Notes: generated by a model not told the origin, from the letters alone. DNA of 44,292 bases from Corallochytrium limacisporum Hawaii (GCA_002811645.1 PDIP01000081.1:1-44292); one strand, 5' to 3'; positions 21,109 to 32,175 are shown, counted from the stretch's first letter. Numbers and translations: made by a program.

Positions 21109-21374
21109 TAGTGAAGGTTTGATAGCAAAACTCCGACGAATTGGCCCACGTCAGATGTCGTGAATCAGTGACGGTTGGCAAGGCTATGCTGAGGAGGAAT
21201 TAGGGGTTCATTTATCGCACTGACACGGACCTACACGCATGACCTGGCGCGCCCTTGAAGGTGTGGACGTGCCGTGCATTACCCAGGAATTCCATGAGCT
21301 GAACCTGAACCTGAACCGATCTGAATGTTATCTATCATTGTATCTAGCAATAGTGTTCACTAAGCAACAAACCA

Positions 21375-21884
21375 TCATTCTAATGCTTGGAACTTGATGA
21401 TATCGTCGGGATGCCTTGCGGAACTGCGTACATAGTAGGACACTAGAGACCGATAGCCTCGCTTATCCTCACAACGCAGGAGATTTGCGGCATCGCAATT
21501 CAATGGCGAGGAGATCTCAGGGTTGTCTAGGAGAAGTAAAATGGCCAGGCACGTCGACTGGATGTTCCAAGCAGGGCTCCATGCGTTTGCCAGAATATCC
21601 ATACAAATTTCTCCAGATTGAAAATGAATGTTTGGGTGGCAAACTGGAGTGACAAATCTGATCTTGGGTGGTTTGATAGGGTATTGCTTGGGAATGTCAA
21701 TATGCAACCGGAATGTTCCTCCGCTGTACAGAGAATTTCCTTGAGGCTGCAACCAAGCGTTCCATTCCAAGATATTGTCTTCACAAGGTTCTAAGCGCAG
21801 CTGATCCCGGTGGTGTGTATCCTTCTTTGAGGTATATTGTTGGTATTCGCGCATCACACGCCTTTCTACTGTTGAGGTTGCCAT
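21375..21884 (-). CDS. PEX4: Ubiquitin-conjugating enzyme E2, PEX4-like
   Basis: UBC core YPIKPPKIRF, HPNIHFQSGEICMDIL (catalytic Cys), WSPAW; tail SPLNCDAANLLRCEDKRGYRSLV resembles PEX4. First ATG at 21884. Confidence 0.75.
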   Translation of the reverse strand: MATSTVERRVMREYQQYTSKKDTHHRDQLRLEPCEDNILEWNAWLQPQGNSLYSGGTFRLHIDIPKQYPIKPPKIRFVTPVCHPNIHFQSGEICMDILANAWSPAWNIQSTCLAILLLLDNPEISSPLNCDAANLLRCEDKRGYRSLVSYYVRSSARHPDDIIKFQALE

Positions 21885-23032
21885 CTTGCCTGTCAACGTA
21901 TCCTCAGCTACACCCCTGCCCGATTGTATTTTCTTGCACAATGGAGATCTAACGCAGTAAACTAGGCTTAGGTCTCTCTGTTCCTACACTCTATGAATCT
22001 GCGGCTAGAAGCGTGCCTTAACTTTTCATACAAACATCTATGACTCTATATCAAGCAGAAAAATTTATCTGAGCAGTCATTTGTCATGCTGGAAATACCC
22101 ATGAATCTCTGCTCACCCCGCCTAGAGCGCCCTTTCGTAGCCGCTCGCTTTGCAGGGTGCGAGCTATTTTCGGATCTCCGTCTAAAATATTGATCACCTC
22201 CACATTGGGTAAGATAGGTGGGAAACCCCCGGGGCGACCGAAAGAGAGATGTGGGTCTCTCCCGGATTTTCCCTGGCGAAGCGCTGGGCAAAGATTTTTC
22301 TGCCAACCTAGCTATAGCTATCTATGAAATCAGAACGTTATTTCAGTACTGAAGCTACTGACCGCTCTTGGGGCGTGTGTGGAGTCCAAATGACCTGTTC
22401 GCTGCGCGCACGCCCTCCCAAAATTTATCAGCCGGCGAAAGGATCTGTTGGGCGAGCGGTTTGTGCCCCCGGCTAAAACCCCGAGAAAGGGGGGGGGGGG
22501 AGAGGAGAGCCGTTGGAGGTTGGGCAGGAGTGGGGACATAACCCGGAGGCGTCACTTGGGGGCAATTCTGCGGGTCAGTGCGCCTGCTGAGACCCGCCCA
22601 ATGGCGTGGAGGAAGGAACAACAAGTCTCGCCAGCAGGGGAGACCGAACGGTGGGCCTGAGAGACCGCTCGGGAAATTTCTTTTGCTCTGCCGTGGTGGT
22701 GAAGCTGGCGGGGGGATCCACTTGGCAACAAGGGAAAGTCGTGCTTGCCGGGAAAACGTCTTACTTGAGGTTCGATTGAAACCCTAGAGGCCGGACATAC
22801 GACCACAACATGGCGGTGTAGACCACCAGACTTGGGATCAGGGAGTCATTCATTGATAGCTATGAGAGAATCAGAAGGACATAACTTTACATAAATTAAA
22901 GCGTTTGTCTCAGCAAAGCAACCAGAAGCGAGAGGGATCTCGTCACTACATTACAAGCGACTATGGTTTGAGTTTTGTGTGGTTTACAAACCTGGACCTT
23001 GCTTGCAAGTCCGAAAACAAACACAGATCACG

Positions 23033-25144
23033 ATGGCGGGGCTAGTTATCGCCATTGAGATGGTGATTCTCGCCATTGGAACATTCTATTTCATGAACGT
23101 GTACATGCACTGGAGAGAGAGCCCGTGGTACGTCACAGCGCCAGTGTTCATTGTATATTTCTTCAGCTTCTGTTTAGTGTTGTTGATACCACTTGATGTA
23201 TCATCAGCATTCTATCAGCACTGTATAGATACAGAAGGCGAGGAAGCCTGTGAGAAGCCAATTGGATACGTCAGTGAATTCGCACGACTCACACTCTGGC
23301 GTATGTTCTACTGGACTATTTTTATCAACACTTTCTTGATTCTGCCGGGTGTTGAACGGTTCTTGGACTCTGGCGAATTCAGCACTGCGGAAAGAGTACG
23401 CGCTTCGATTAAGCGTAATGCTTTGTTCTATAGCATTGGTGGGATTGTCGGTGGATTGCTGTTTATCTACATCGCAATCACACAGAGTCTTGCGATTTCG
23501 GGGTTAATCGGGGTCGCCCAGGCCCTTGCGAATACTTGGGGTCTCTTTTTGGTTGTGATTCTGTTGGGTTACGGCCTCGTTGAGATTCCTCGTAGTCTAT
23601 GGGAGAGCTCACGACCACACCTGCGTCTGCGCAGGTATCAGTGGAAGGCGGCGAACCAGATGGGCGAGCTGGATGAGGCCGAAGACATTCTAACGGACGC
23701 AGTCGAGGGAGTGAAGCAAGCAGCGGCTGCTATTCAACCGTCATCGGCCCTTTACAAATACATTCGGGAAATGCAAAGCAGGTGTCCGGATCGGCCGGAT
23801 CGTGCAATTTCAAGCAGGCGCACCCAACGTCCTCGGGCAATTACCAAGGACTATCTTGCGGATTTGAACACCAAGTTGATGATTGCAGTCAAAAGAATCA
23901 ATAGGGCAGAAGCAAACTGGGAGCTCCTGTTGGAAGAGGCATTTGAAGTGGAGGACACCATTATGAACCATCGCAATGTTAGGCGGGCGTTTATCAGTGC
24001 CGTCAACGTTCCTGAGAAAGGAACTTTTGCGCAGCGATTCCCTACAATTCACTGGTGGTGGAACTGTCGCATTGAACCGTACGCCATGAGACTCGGGGCT
24101 GTGGTGATGACTCTGTTGAGCCTTATTTTGATTTGGTCCGAGGTTGTCTTCTTTCTCGTTAATCCTACTCTATCAGTCTATGCCCTCATCATTGGAAGCA
24201 CGGGAAAGAACTATGACTATACTCAAGTCCAATTTTGGACCTTTTTGGGCGTCGTATACATGTCGTGTTGTGCCTACTTTGCCATTTTCCAGGTCAAGGT
24301 GCTCAACATGTACCATCTGGTACCTAAGCAGAGGTCTGATGACCAGAGCATGATCTTTAGTGCCAACATGATGGCTCGTCTTGCTGCGCCGTTGTGCTTG
24401 AATTTCTTGACCATGTCACATATGGACGGAGTCACGATAGATGAAGAACCAGCCTTTGTGCAGATTTTGGGCCATCTGAAAGTGGTTGGGTTCATTGAGT
24501 CCGGTTTCAACGTGTACTATCCCATGTTTGTACTTGTCGTTGCAGCCATCACTTACTTTAATCTCTTTGGTCGTATTCTAGGATGCCTGGGAGGCGCGGA
24601 ATTCTTCTTTGGACACGAGCTCAGCTTTGAGCTCGTTGAGGAAGGACGTGAATACTTGGTGCGAGCAAGACGAGAACGTGAGCGCAAGGTAACGCAGACG
24701 GATGTCATGACAGAGTACAGTAGCATTGGTGGACTCTACAGAGACTTAATTCTTCATGGCCGCCCCAGCAGTCACAATTCGTGGGGACGGACGTCCTACA
24801 GCAGCATGGAGGCGGGTAGCAACCGGAACGTGGAGCTACCTAGGCTGGACCGACCTAGAGACCGGGACAGGCTGTCAGGAAATGATTCCTCAAGTGTTCC
24901 GTTCCGTGAGACATCCCCCTCAAAGGGCGGTACTATGGATCGTGTAAAGAACTTCTTTGGTGGCCTTGGTTCATCCTCGGGAACCCGCTCAACTACTCAC
25001 ACCCGACTTGAGGACCAAGAACCCGTACAGACTCTTGGTGTACTCGAATCAGTCGACGAGGACGACCTCCCCATTCTCGAAGCTCCCGATGGACACTACA
25101 ATCGCGGCGGCAGGCCCGATCGCAACATATTTGATGACTTCTAA
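23033..25144 (+). CDS. LMBRD2: LMBR1-domain membrane protein, LMBRD2-like
   Basis: LIPLDVS, LWRMFYW, LANTWGLFLVVILLGYGLVEIPRSLW, RLAAPLCLNFL, GFNVYYPM, EEGR; multiple TM helices. First ATG at 23033. Confidence 0.9.
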   Translation: MAGLVIAIEMVILAIGTFYFMNVYMHWRESPWYVTAPVFIVYFFSFCLVLLIPLDVSSAFYQHCIDTEGEEACEKPIGYVSEFARLTLWRMFYWTIFINTFLILPGVERFLDSGEFSTAERVRASIKRNALFYSIGGIVGGLLFIYIAITQSLAISGLIGVAQALANTWGLFLVVILLGYGLVEIPRSLWESSRPHLRLRRYQWKAANQMGELDEAEDILTDAVEGVKQAAAAIQPSSALYKYIREMQSRCPDRPDRAISSRRTQRPRAITKDYLADLNTKLMIAVKRINRAEANWELLLEEAFEVEDTIMNHRNVRRAFISAVNVPEKGTFAQRFPTIHWWWNCRIEPYAMRLGAVVMTLLSLILIWSEVVFFLVNPTLSVYALIIGSTGKNYDYTQVQFWTFLGVVYMSCCAYFAIFQVKVLNMYHLVPKQRSDDQSMIFSANMMARLAAPLCLNFLTMSHMDGVTIDEEPAFVQILGHLKVVGFIESGFNVYYPMFVLVVAAITYFNLFGRILGCLGGAEFFFGHELSFELVEEGREYLVRARRERERKVTQTDVMTEYSSIGGLYRDLILHGRPSSHNSWGRTSYSSMEAGSNRNVELPRLDRPRDRDRLSGNDSSSVPFRETSPSKGGTMDRVKNFFGGLGSSSGTRSTTHTRLEDQEPVQTLGVLESVDEDDLPILEAPDGHYNRGGRPDRNIFDDF

Positions 25145-26324
25145 TACGAGAGCCTTGTTTGTATCCCCAGTTGGGGCGAACCTTACATCTCGGTTACTTC
25201 ATTGCGACGTTTCGAATCAATAAAAGTATTCTCCGTTCAAACTTTGCGCAACCGATGAAATATTGATGGCTTTCTAGCCCTCTCCGCCGGGACCCACCCA
25301 GAGGTTCACAAAAAGTGTACCGAATCAATAAATAGATGGACCGCAAAGGAGGCATGTGAGACCCAAAGTTGCACAGTGGCCCCCGGGAGGGAGGGGGGGG
25401 GCCGGCCCTTTCAAGCCTTTGGTCTTGCCCAACCGCTTCCGCAAAGGGAGCCAAGTGGAAACCAAGGAAAAAAACACACACAAATGTTTTTAACACACAC
25501 ACACACGCCACACGCCTCACGAAGCGAACCCCAAAGGGAAAACACCCCCCCTGCCCCAGGGCAAGTGTCATTGACGGGCGGTGGCAGCAAGAATCCGAGC
25601 GAGAGAGGCGAGCCAGCGGCACCGACGTCTCTCTCGATCTGCAGAGAGTGTGCGAGAGAGAGGCCACCATCCACTACTGCCGCCAGTGGCATTTTGGGGG
25701 GGGGGTTCCCTTCTCCAGCAATTGCCCGACTGGGCACCCCCCACCCTCCCTTGGCCGGCACAGAAAGGCAAAACTCAGGACCGGAACGAGGGAGAGAACT
25801 AAGGGGGAGGAAATTGGGGGGGGGGAGCCTAAGGTTTTTGGTTGGTTTTTGGTTCTCCACCGTTTTTAGTTCCTCGCGGTGTGGGTAGAGCCGCCCTCCG
25901 TGTACGGTAGCCAGCAGAGGTCCGGAGGGAAGCCACGAGGGCCTCGTGGGGTGGAGCGCTGAGCTTGGGGGTGGGGAACAAAGCCAAAAGTTTGTTGCGG
26001 GCCAGTTTGTGTACCCTTTCAGTCAGCCCTTGGTCTTTCCGGAGTCCAGGCCCACAGTTTGGTCCGCACAGAGGCAACCTAGGGATACGACGGTGGTGCC
26101 TTTGGTTACAATGTGTTTTGCTAATCGGGACAGTTTGACTCTTATTCTTGAGCGCGAGAAGTGTACTACCATGAAAGTTTAAAACCCAAATGCGAGTTTT
26201 GACTATCCGTACACCTTTTGCCCAACTTGGTACAAATGAGGGCATGCTACTTATTTTAGTCCCAGAGAATTGGACACACTATTCTGGGCACGAGAAATCG
26301 ACAGAAAAGTATCAAAAGTTAAAT

Positions 26325-26783
26325 ATGCCGAACATGGAGAAGCTTAAGGCCATGCAGGCCGCTCAGCGCGTAGGCGGTAAGGGTGCACCCCGCCGTAACA
26401 AGAAGGTTGTCCACAAGAGCGCTGCTGGTGACGAGAAGAAGCTGCAGAACGCAATCAAGCGCCTGCCTGCTCAGCCCATCCCCGACATTGCCACCGTCAA
26501 CATGTTTACCAAGAGCGGAAAGGTCCTCATGTTCCAGAACCCCAAGGTTATGGCTGCTGTCAACGCCAACACCGTTGCGGTGACAGGAACTCCTCAGGAG
26601 AAGGAACTGTCTGAGGTTCTTCCCCAGGTGATCCAGGAGATGGGACCCGAGAGCATGGGTATTCTCCAGCAGATCCTGCAAAAGGCTGGTGTTGGTGCCG
26701 AGGGCGCCAAGGAAGCCGCTGCCGGTGGTGATGACGACGACGTCCCCGAGTTGGTTGAGAACTTCGACGAGACCGCTGAGTAA
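26325..26783 (+). CDS. BTF3: Nascent polypeptide-associated complex beta subunit (BTF3/EGD1)
   Basis: RVGGKGAPRRNKKVVHK, DEKKLQ, VNMF, FQNPKV, C-terminal DDDDVPELVENFD; C/T-ending codon bias typical of a highly expressed gene. Likely start at ATG 26325 (or 26334). Confidence 0.96.
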   Translation: MPNMEKLKAMQAAQRVGGKGAPRRNKKVVHKSAAGDEKKLQNAIKRLPAQPIPDIATVNMFTKSGKVLMFQNPKVMAAVNANTVAVTGTPQEKELSEVLPQVIQEMGPESMGILQQILQKAGVGAEGAKEAAAGGDDDDVPELVENFDETAE

Positions 26784-27036
26784 TATGGCGGGCACACCTG
26801 AGTTAACTACGTCGCAATTGGGATACTTGAATCGAAAGAGTCTTGAGTTGTACCGCGCCTTGTGATGGGATCATTGCATACTATCATCATACTTTCTTTG
26901 GCATTTACATAGCATTTAGTCCATCCTTTGCAACACACGGGTTCGTTGCGAGATCCAAGACGACTCGACAATGACTTGCCTCTGCATAATTCTGTTTCCT
27001 TGAATTTCAATATACGAACTTACAAATATATGAAAG

Positions 27037-30000
27037 CTACTTTTTTGCATGATTCTTTCTTGAACGAGAACGGGTTACGCGTGCTGGTGCGGCCGTTTGT
27101 TCGGCGACTTTGCTGGATTCTTGCTTTGCGCCACCGGCACCCTTGAGTTTCCTCGACGGGACAGGATTTCTCAAGACATATGCGGAAATATCAATGTTGC
27201 GCTTGAAGAGAAAGTCAGAAATGTACGAATTTGTGTAGACTCGTCCCTGTATACCCAGTCTTTCGACGAGAGACCAGTCTTCGTCGTTGAAAGAGTTCGC
27301 ATTAGCTACGAACAAGTGTGTTGCCCGTTTCAGCTCATCGTCGCCATCTGTGCGTGCAATTTGTGACCATAAGCTGACCTCTGCTCCGCCGCACACCAAA
27401 ATCCGTTTGAAGATTTGGTTGTAGTTGTCACAATTCAGGACCACACGCCAGCTTTGGAATGCACCAATCCTTGGGACCTCTCCGTCATGATCAGCCATAG
27501 CTTTGGCCCTCTCGTTTTGAAGTCTTTCGCGCCAGTACGGTGGAGCTCCAAGGTGCTCCTTGGCCTCCGGTGTGGAGTTGATATTGGCATATTTCAAACT
27601 CCACTCGTAGTCTTGTTCATCAACCAGACGACCAACGTTGAGACACGCTTTGATATACGAAGGCATCATGATCCAAACACCGGCAGCCACAGCAGAACAG
27701 AGTTTCTCATTGCGTTTCAGATCTTTCATAATTAAATGAGTACACTCTGTGCTCAAGGAAGCAGCATTAATCACCTCCGCACCCAGCTGTTTAAGCACGA
27801 GAATATACTGATCCTTGTCTTTGTCGTCGACCTGCGAGATCTGGAAGACGGGCCGCCGACGGCCTCGTAGACCACGAATCGTTCCACCTGCCGCAGCCGC
27901 TCCAGATCTTGTCCGCGTGTTTATAGTTAGCGATGCACTGTCACTATCAGCCAGAGATCCTGATGCCTTGCCATTTGCAGTGCTGTCACCCATGGCAAGG
28001 ATCGTGGCGCCCGGAGCTTCATCGTCTTCCTCAACGTTTTCTCCGTACGTGATATGATCACTCTCACCATGGTCTGATGAGAATGCTTGGGCCACCGCTC
28101 TAGTATACGGAGCGCGTCTTCGAGACTCCCGCACATTGAGCGGCTTGTCATTCGCTTCAGCATCCATCAAGGAGTGCATCAAGCGGCGCCGCTTACTCAC
28201 CGCCGGGATAGCAGTAATGGCCTCCGCTTGCAAGCGACCAGATCGCTTCGGTGCAGGGGTGTTGCTTGTCTCGTCCACCCCCACATCTCGTGCGGTATCC
28301 ACCACAGGTCCTCGTGGGAGTTCATCGTCTTCAAGATGAAGAGCCGCTTGTCCGCCGTCTAGATCTTGAATATGGCTTGGAATGTCAAAATCACTGCTTA
28401 TAGCTTGTTGCGCGTTCAGATCATCCGCAGCATTCTCCGGCTGTGCAGCACTCGACATGATGTTTAATGCCTTGCGAGGATTCAAACTAGATGGATAGGA
28501 ACCTTCGTCCACGCGTTTACCGGTTTCCTGACATGCAATAAGCCACTCTGGTGCTACCACAAATAATCCCCGTCGCTTCGCGAGTGGCAGTTCAGAGGGT
28601 TTGCCTTTCTCATTATCACTATCAACCAAGTGTGTGATGCCAGCCTCATTTGTGCGTCTCGCAACCCTGGCTCCCAGGAGCTGCGCCAGCTCACGGACAT
28701 CATCAGCTTTCTTGGCCAGCCGCTTTGCGATGAGGATTACTAGATTGTTCAATGGCGCACGGCCATCGGATACGATGTCATTACTGGTTTCATCCACGTC
28801 GTAGCCCTTCTTAAGTGCTTGACGTGCTGTGGCCTTCGACGCAGCTTTCGCTAACTTATCACTCACAAGAGACTCCATATCGGTTGGGTGCACATCACAA
28901 GGACCACTTGTGCTTCCTGGATGACTTACGCCGCCGTGTAGCCACGAAGAAGTTCCGCCAGATGCTGCATCAGAGCTAATTCGGCTATACGGTTCGCACC
29001 GTTCCTTGATCAAGCCCATCAGTTCATTGATTGACAACAACGGAATGTTGACCTCATTAGCCCGAACCACGCGAATAGTCATTCCCATTTTGTCCTCAGT
29101 TATCAGTAGTTTCGTCTTGGACTTGGTAACCACGCTGGTCATTGTGCCCCCGAGTCCTTCAATGATCTCTTGAATGTAGGCTGACAACTTTCCATCCAAG
29201 TTATCAACGGCAATGCTCATGCTTGCCCATAGACTTGACTTCCGTCTGGGAACGTACAGTGGATTTTCTTCGAGCGCAAGCAGTTGGCCCGACTGAATAC
29301 ACCGTTCAACCCACAGGGTAGTGCAGAATGTTAATGACTGACTCTCCGCATCCGTTTCTGCGCCAACAAAGAGGCTCATGACTCGGAAGGTCGCATGATC
29401 GCCATCTAGAACAATCGTACCGCCGGCTGCCTTTAGTTTGTCCTTGAATGGCCAACGGTTGCAGTTCGAGTCAAAGACAAATCCCATGCCCTCAAACACT
29501 TTCCCTCCTGATCGATCTCCACCCAGGACTAGGCTCTCGTCGGCGACCGAGTCGTTGACCAGTGTACCTGTCTTTGCACTGGAGATCTTTGGCTTCGCAG
29601 TCGCGAACATTGCCGCTGCTCGCCCGAGACTGCTGCTGCTCGATCGCTTGGTTGATCCATTTCTCGTACTACTATTCAGCGGCTTGTGAGTGCGTCCAAA
29701 GACAAGATGATCGATTCTGTCACCGCTCAGATACTCAACTCTTCCTTTCTCGACCACCCGCTTAATCCATCCCGCAGTGAGTATGTATGGCAGATCCTCC
29801 ATCTTTGAAATGACATCCTGTTCTGGGAAGGGGTATTTACCAATAATGACATGCGTCGGTTGCGGACCCGTTCGCCCACCAAGACTGTGAACAATATCTT
29901 TTAGACAAGCGGTTTGCGGCGTTTCGAACCCGCTGATCATAAACTTGCAGTCAGTTAGAATGGCATTTTCTGAGTTTTCACTGGCCAGCTGTACCAATCG

Positions 30001-30927
30001 CTCAAAGTCTTTTAGTTGCAAGTTGACCGTCATCAGCGCCTTATGGATCTTGCCATGCATGTCAGTGACAGGAAATTTGTCTTCCCGTAGTTGACCTCCG
30101 GCCTCGAGACTCTTGCGGAACCACAAGGGAGTTACAACCTTGATGTTTGGTGCTTTTGCTGCGAACATGAATTTGGGTCCTTCCGGGATGTGGCAAAGTA
30201 GATGTGTCGCGTTGACTGTATCCAACGCAAGGTTAAAAGTACCGCCATGTGCCAGACATTGAGCTTCGATCTGGCTCCTTTCATCCTTCGTCAGTCCCGA
30301 TGTGGAAATGTGAGCTCCCTGAAACACTTTCATTTGATACTTTTCTGCAAACGGTTCCATGGTGGCTGAAATTGGTTCTATGCCGCCTTGACGCCAAGTT
30401 TCGTCCACCCAGTAACGTGTCATCACTGGTATCCGATTCTCCACAGCCACATAATACTTTTCACTGCCAGGGCCAGATGCAACCAAGTTGGTGACAGTGG
30501 TGTTGAGTTCCGGACTAACAGTTCCGTTCATAAACTTGACTCTCTCTTTGAGCTCCTCCCGTGGGCCCTTCTTGAATCCTGTCAACGACACAACCGTGCC
30601 GGTCATTGACAAGCTCCACAAAGGGGTTTCACTAGGTAGATCACATGATTGCCTAATACATGACAAAACAGCCATTGGGCCAAGCACTCGACATCCTATG
30701 CTAACAGCCTGTTCATATTGCTTCCCCTGAAAGGTTTCGAAGAGATACGCAAACTTGTCAGAGTTCGCCTCCCCAGGCTTCTCTGGGAAACTGTATTCTT
30801 CCTCATCCTCAACCCGTAAATTCTTGTCACGCAGAGCTTGACAGACCCGCGCTAACGTGCTGCCACTATGTACTGGCTCTGCAGCTCTGAATGTCAGAGA
30901 CTGGAGCCGGAGAGTATCCTTCTTCAT
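27037..30927 (-). CDS. TOPBP1: DNA topoisomerase II-binding protein 1 (multi-BRCT scaffold)
   Basis: BRCT0/1/2 array (GCRVLGP, MNGTVSPELNTTVTNLVA..SEKYYVA, HGGTF..THLLC..GPKF), central BRCTs, C-terminal pair (CTHLIM..RNEKL..AGVW..YEW; RILVCGGAEV..ATHLF). First ATG at 30927. Confidence 0.9.
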   Translation of the reverse strand: MKKDTLRLQSLTFRAAEPVHSGSTLARVCQALRDKNLRVEDEEEYSFPEKPGEANSDKFAYLFETFQGKQYEQAVSIGCRVLGPMAVLSCIRQSCDLPSETPLWSLSMTGTVVSLTGFKKGPREELKERVKFMNGTVSPELNTTVTNLVASGPGSEKYYVAVENRIPVMTRYWVDETWRQGGIEPISATMEPFAEKYQMKVFQGAHISTSGLTKDERSQIEAQCLAHGGTFNLALDTVNATHLLCHIPEGPKFMFAAKAPNIKVVTPLWFRKSLEAGGQLREDKFPVTDMHGKIHKALMTVNLQLKDFERLVQLASENSENAILTDCKFMISGFETPQTACLKDIVHSLGGRTGPQPTHVIIGKYPFPEQDVISKMEDLPYILTAGWIKRVVEKGRVEYLSGDRIDHLVFGRTHKPLNSSTRNGSTKRSSSSSLGRAAAMFATAKPKISSAKTGTLVNDSVADESLVLGGDRSGGKVFEGMGFVFDSNCNRWPFKDKLKAAGGTIVLDGDHATFRVMSLFVGAETDAESQSLTFCTTLWVERCIQSGQLLALEENPLYVPRRKSSLWASMSIAVDNLDGKLSAYIQEIIEGLGGTMTSVVTKSKTKLLITEDKMGMTIRVVRANEVNIPLLSINELMGLIKERCEPYSRISSDAASGGTSSWLHGGVSHPGSTSGPCDVHPTDMESLVSDKLAKAASKATARQALKKGYDVDETSNDIVSDGRAPLNNLVILIAKRLAKKADDVRELAQLLGARVARRTNEAGITHLVDSDNEKGKPSELPLAKRRGLFVVAPEWLIACQETGKRVDEGSYPSSLNPRKALNIMSSAAQPENAADDLNAQQAISSDFDIPSHIQDLDGGQAALHLEDDELPRGPVVDTARDVGVDETSNTPAPKRSGRLQAEAITAIPAVSKRRRLMHSLMDAEANDKPLNVRESRRRAPYTRAVAQAFSSDHGESDHITYGENVEEDDEAPGATILAMGDSTANGKASGSLADSDSASLTINTRTRSGAAAAGGTIRGLRGRRRPVFQISQVDDKDKDQYILVLKQLGAEVINAASLSTECTHLIMKDLKRNEKLCSAVAAGVWIMMPSYIKACLNVGRLVDEQDYEWSLKYANINSTPEAKEHLGAPPYWRERLQNERAKAMADHDGEVPRIGAFQSWRVVLNCDNYNQIFKRILVCGGAEVSLWSQIARTDGDDELKRATHLFVANANSFNDEDWSLVERLGIQGRVYTNSYISDFLFKRNIDISAYVLRNPVPSRKLKGAGGAKQESSKVAEQTAAPARVTRSRSRKNHAKK

Positions 30928-31152
30928 TGGGATCTGCACGTACAGTCGACTCCCTACCGGCCTCTCTAAGTCTTCCGCAGGGATTAAAGACCGTTGACTC
31001 ACATGATTCTGGAGTATTTCTTCGCTCCTGTAGCATAAACTAGATATATGGAAGTTACAACCACTAGATGCTTTGAATTACCATTGTCTGTGAGGGCGCA
31101 TTCTGTTCCGGGCTGCTATTCACCCATCCCCACCCTTTCGACCACTGTCATT

Positions 31153-31163
31153 TTTGGCGCGAA
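31153..31163. promoter_or_regulatory. E2F/DP-type binding site upstream of TOPBP1
   Basis: TTTGGCGCGAA fits TTTSSCGC; the minus strand reads cTTCGCGCCAAA. About 225 nt upstream of the TOPBP1 ATG. Confidence 0.6.
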
Positions 31164-31254
31164 GAGTTCGCAAACTTTAACACATTATTTAATCAATAAT
31201 ATATTACACTAAAAGTATTGAGCATCCCCAGAAAACACGAGTGCATATTGATTT

Positions 31255-32175
31255 CTATGCAAAGTTTGGGGTGAGTGACTCCTGTCGAAGACCCTGGAGT
31301 TCCTTTTCAAAATCGCCACTCTGTTGGTCATGTGTCAACTGAAACACTTTGAACTTGTGGTTGAGATCCTCACATTGGTGCAGCTTGAGGCCAGGAGTGG
31401 AGAAAGGCGGCCATGACGTGCTCTGAAAGCAAAAGAAAACAGTGTGTACGCGTGAATGAACCAGGGCCATGGCGCACATCGGACAGGGCTCCCAGAGGGT
31501 GATGACATGTAAGTCTGTACAGAGATAGTCATCTTTCCGTTTGCGTGGCAATCTTCCAAGAGTTTCTAGTAATCGCATGATGGAGTGATGCAGCTTGCCC
31601 GACTGTCGGCAATCACGGGCCATAGTGACAATCTCTCCCGAACTTGGATCGTAGACTGCTGACGCATTAGGAGCGCCTCCTTCCTTTGAAGCCGCTCGCG
31701 CTTCCTTCATAAGCAACATCACGATCTCATGCATCTTCTCAATTTCGCTGCGCTGGAAGAATGTCCCCTGGATTGCACGCGTGTCTTCTTTGTCCTCGTG
31801 GAATGTACTGGGCCAAAGATCTCTGCACGATTCATACTGAGGTTTGGTCAATGGCTTTGAAAAGGGAACCATCCGTTCCACAATGTCATGAGAAGTGTTG
31901 AGAAGGGCAGCAATCTTTTCGGCTGTTTCTGTGTCCTCTTTGCATTTAATGATTATCTCAGACACTTTTGTATCCCTATTAAATCGGACACGTTTCAGGT
32001 GCTGCATGTGGATTGGGAGTGGAAATCGTTTCATAAGGTCGGCCAGCATGTCTCCAATTTGCTTTCCATTTAATCCTGTAGCAATCCACACGGAACCAAG
32101 CGGCACAGGCCGTTCCTTTTCAGCAGAGAGGATGATTTTGGCCGACCAGCCACTTTGCTGCTCCTGAGCGTTCAT
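31255..32175 (-). CDS. ADAT3: tRNA A34 deaminase non-catalytic subunit ADAT3/Tad3
   Basis: MQHLKRVR, PLTKPQYE..WPSTFH, H-S-I in place of catalytic H-A-E, YLCT..EPCPMCAMALVHSR, LNHKFKVF. First ATG at 32175. Confidence 0.92.
   Translation of the reverse strand: MNAQEQQSGWSAKIILSAEKERPVPLGSVWIATGLNGKQIGDMLADLMKRFPLPIHMQHLKRVRFNRDTKVSEIIIKCKEDTETAEKIAALLNTSHDIVERMVPFSKPLTKPQYESCRDLWPSTFHEDKEDTRAIQGTFFQRSEIEKMHEIVMLLMKEARAASKEGGAPNASAVYDPSSGEIVTMARDCRQSGKLHHSIMRLLETLGRLPRKRKDDYLCTDLHVITLWEPCPMCAMALVHSRVHTVFFCFQSTSWPPFSTPGLKLHQCEDLNHKFKVFQLTHDQQSGDFEKELQGLRQESLTPNFA

Noticed and set aside
21299-21326. (CTGAAC)3 plus a degenerate copy
   Set aside because: Short microsatellite in a 3' flank; no spacers, so not CRISPR-like.
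25194-26245. Overlapping 138-170 aa ORFs upstream of BTF3
   Set aside because: Low-complexity G/C and CA tracts open in several frames at once; promoter-like DNA.
26190-26324. 45-aa N-terminal extension of BTF3 (BTF3a-like)
   Set aside because: AT-rich, lacks the codon bias of the BTF3 core and shows no similarity; probably UTR or promoter.
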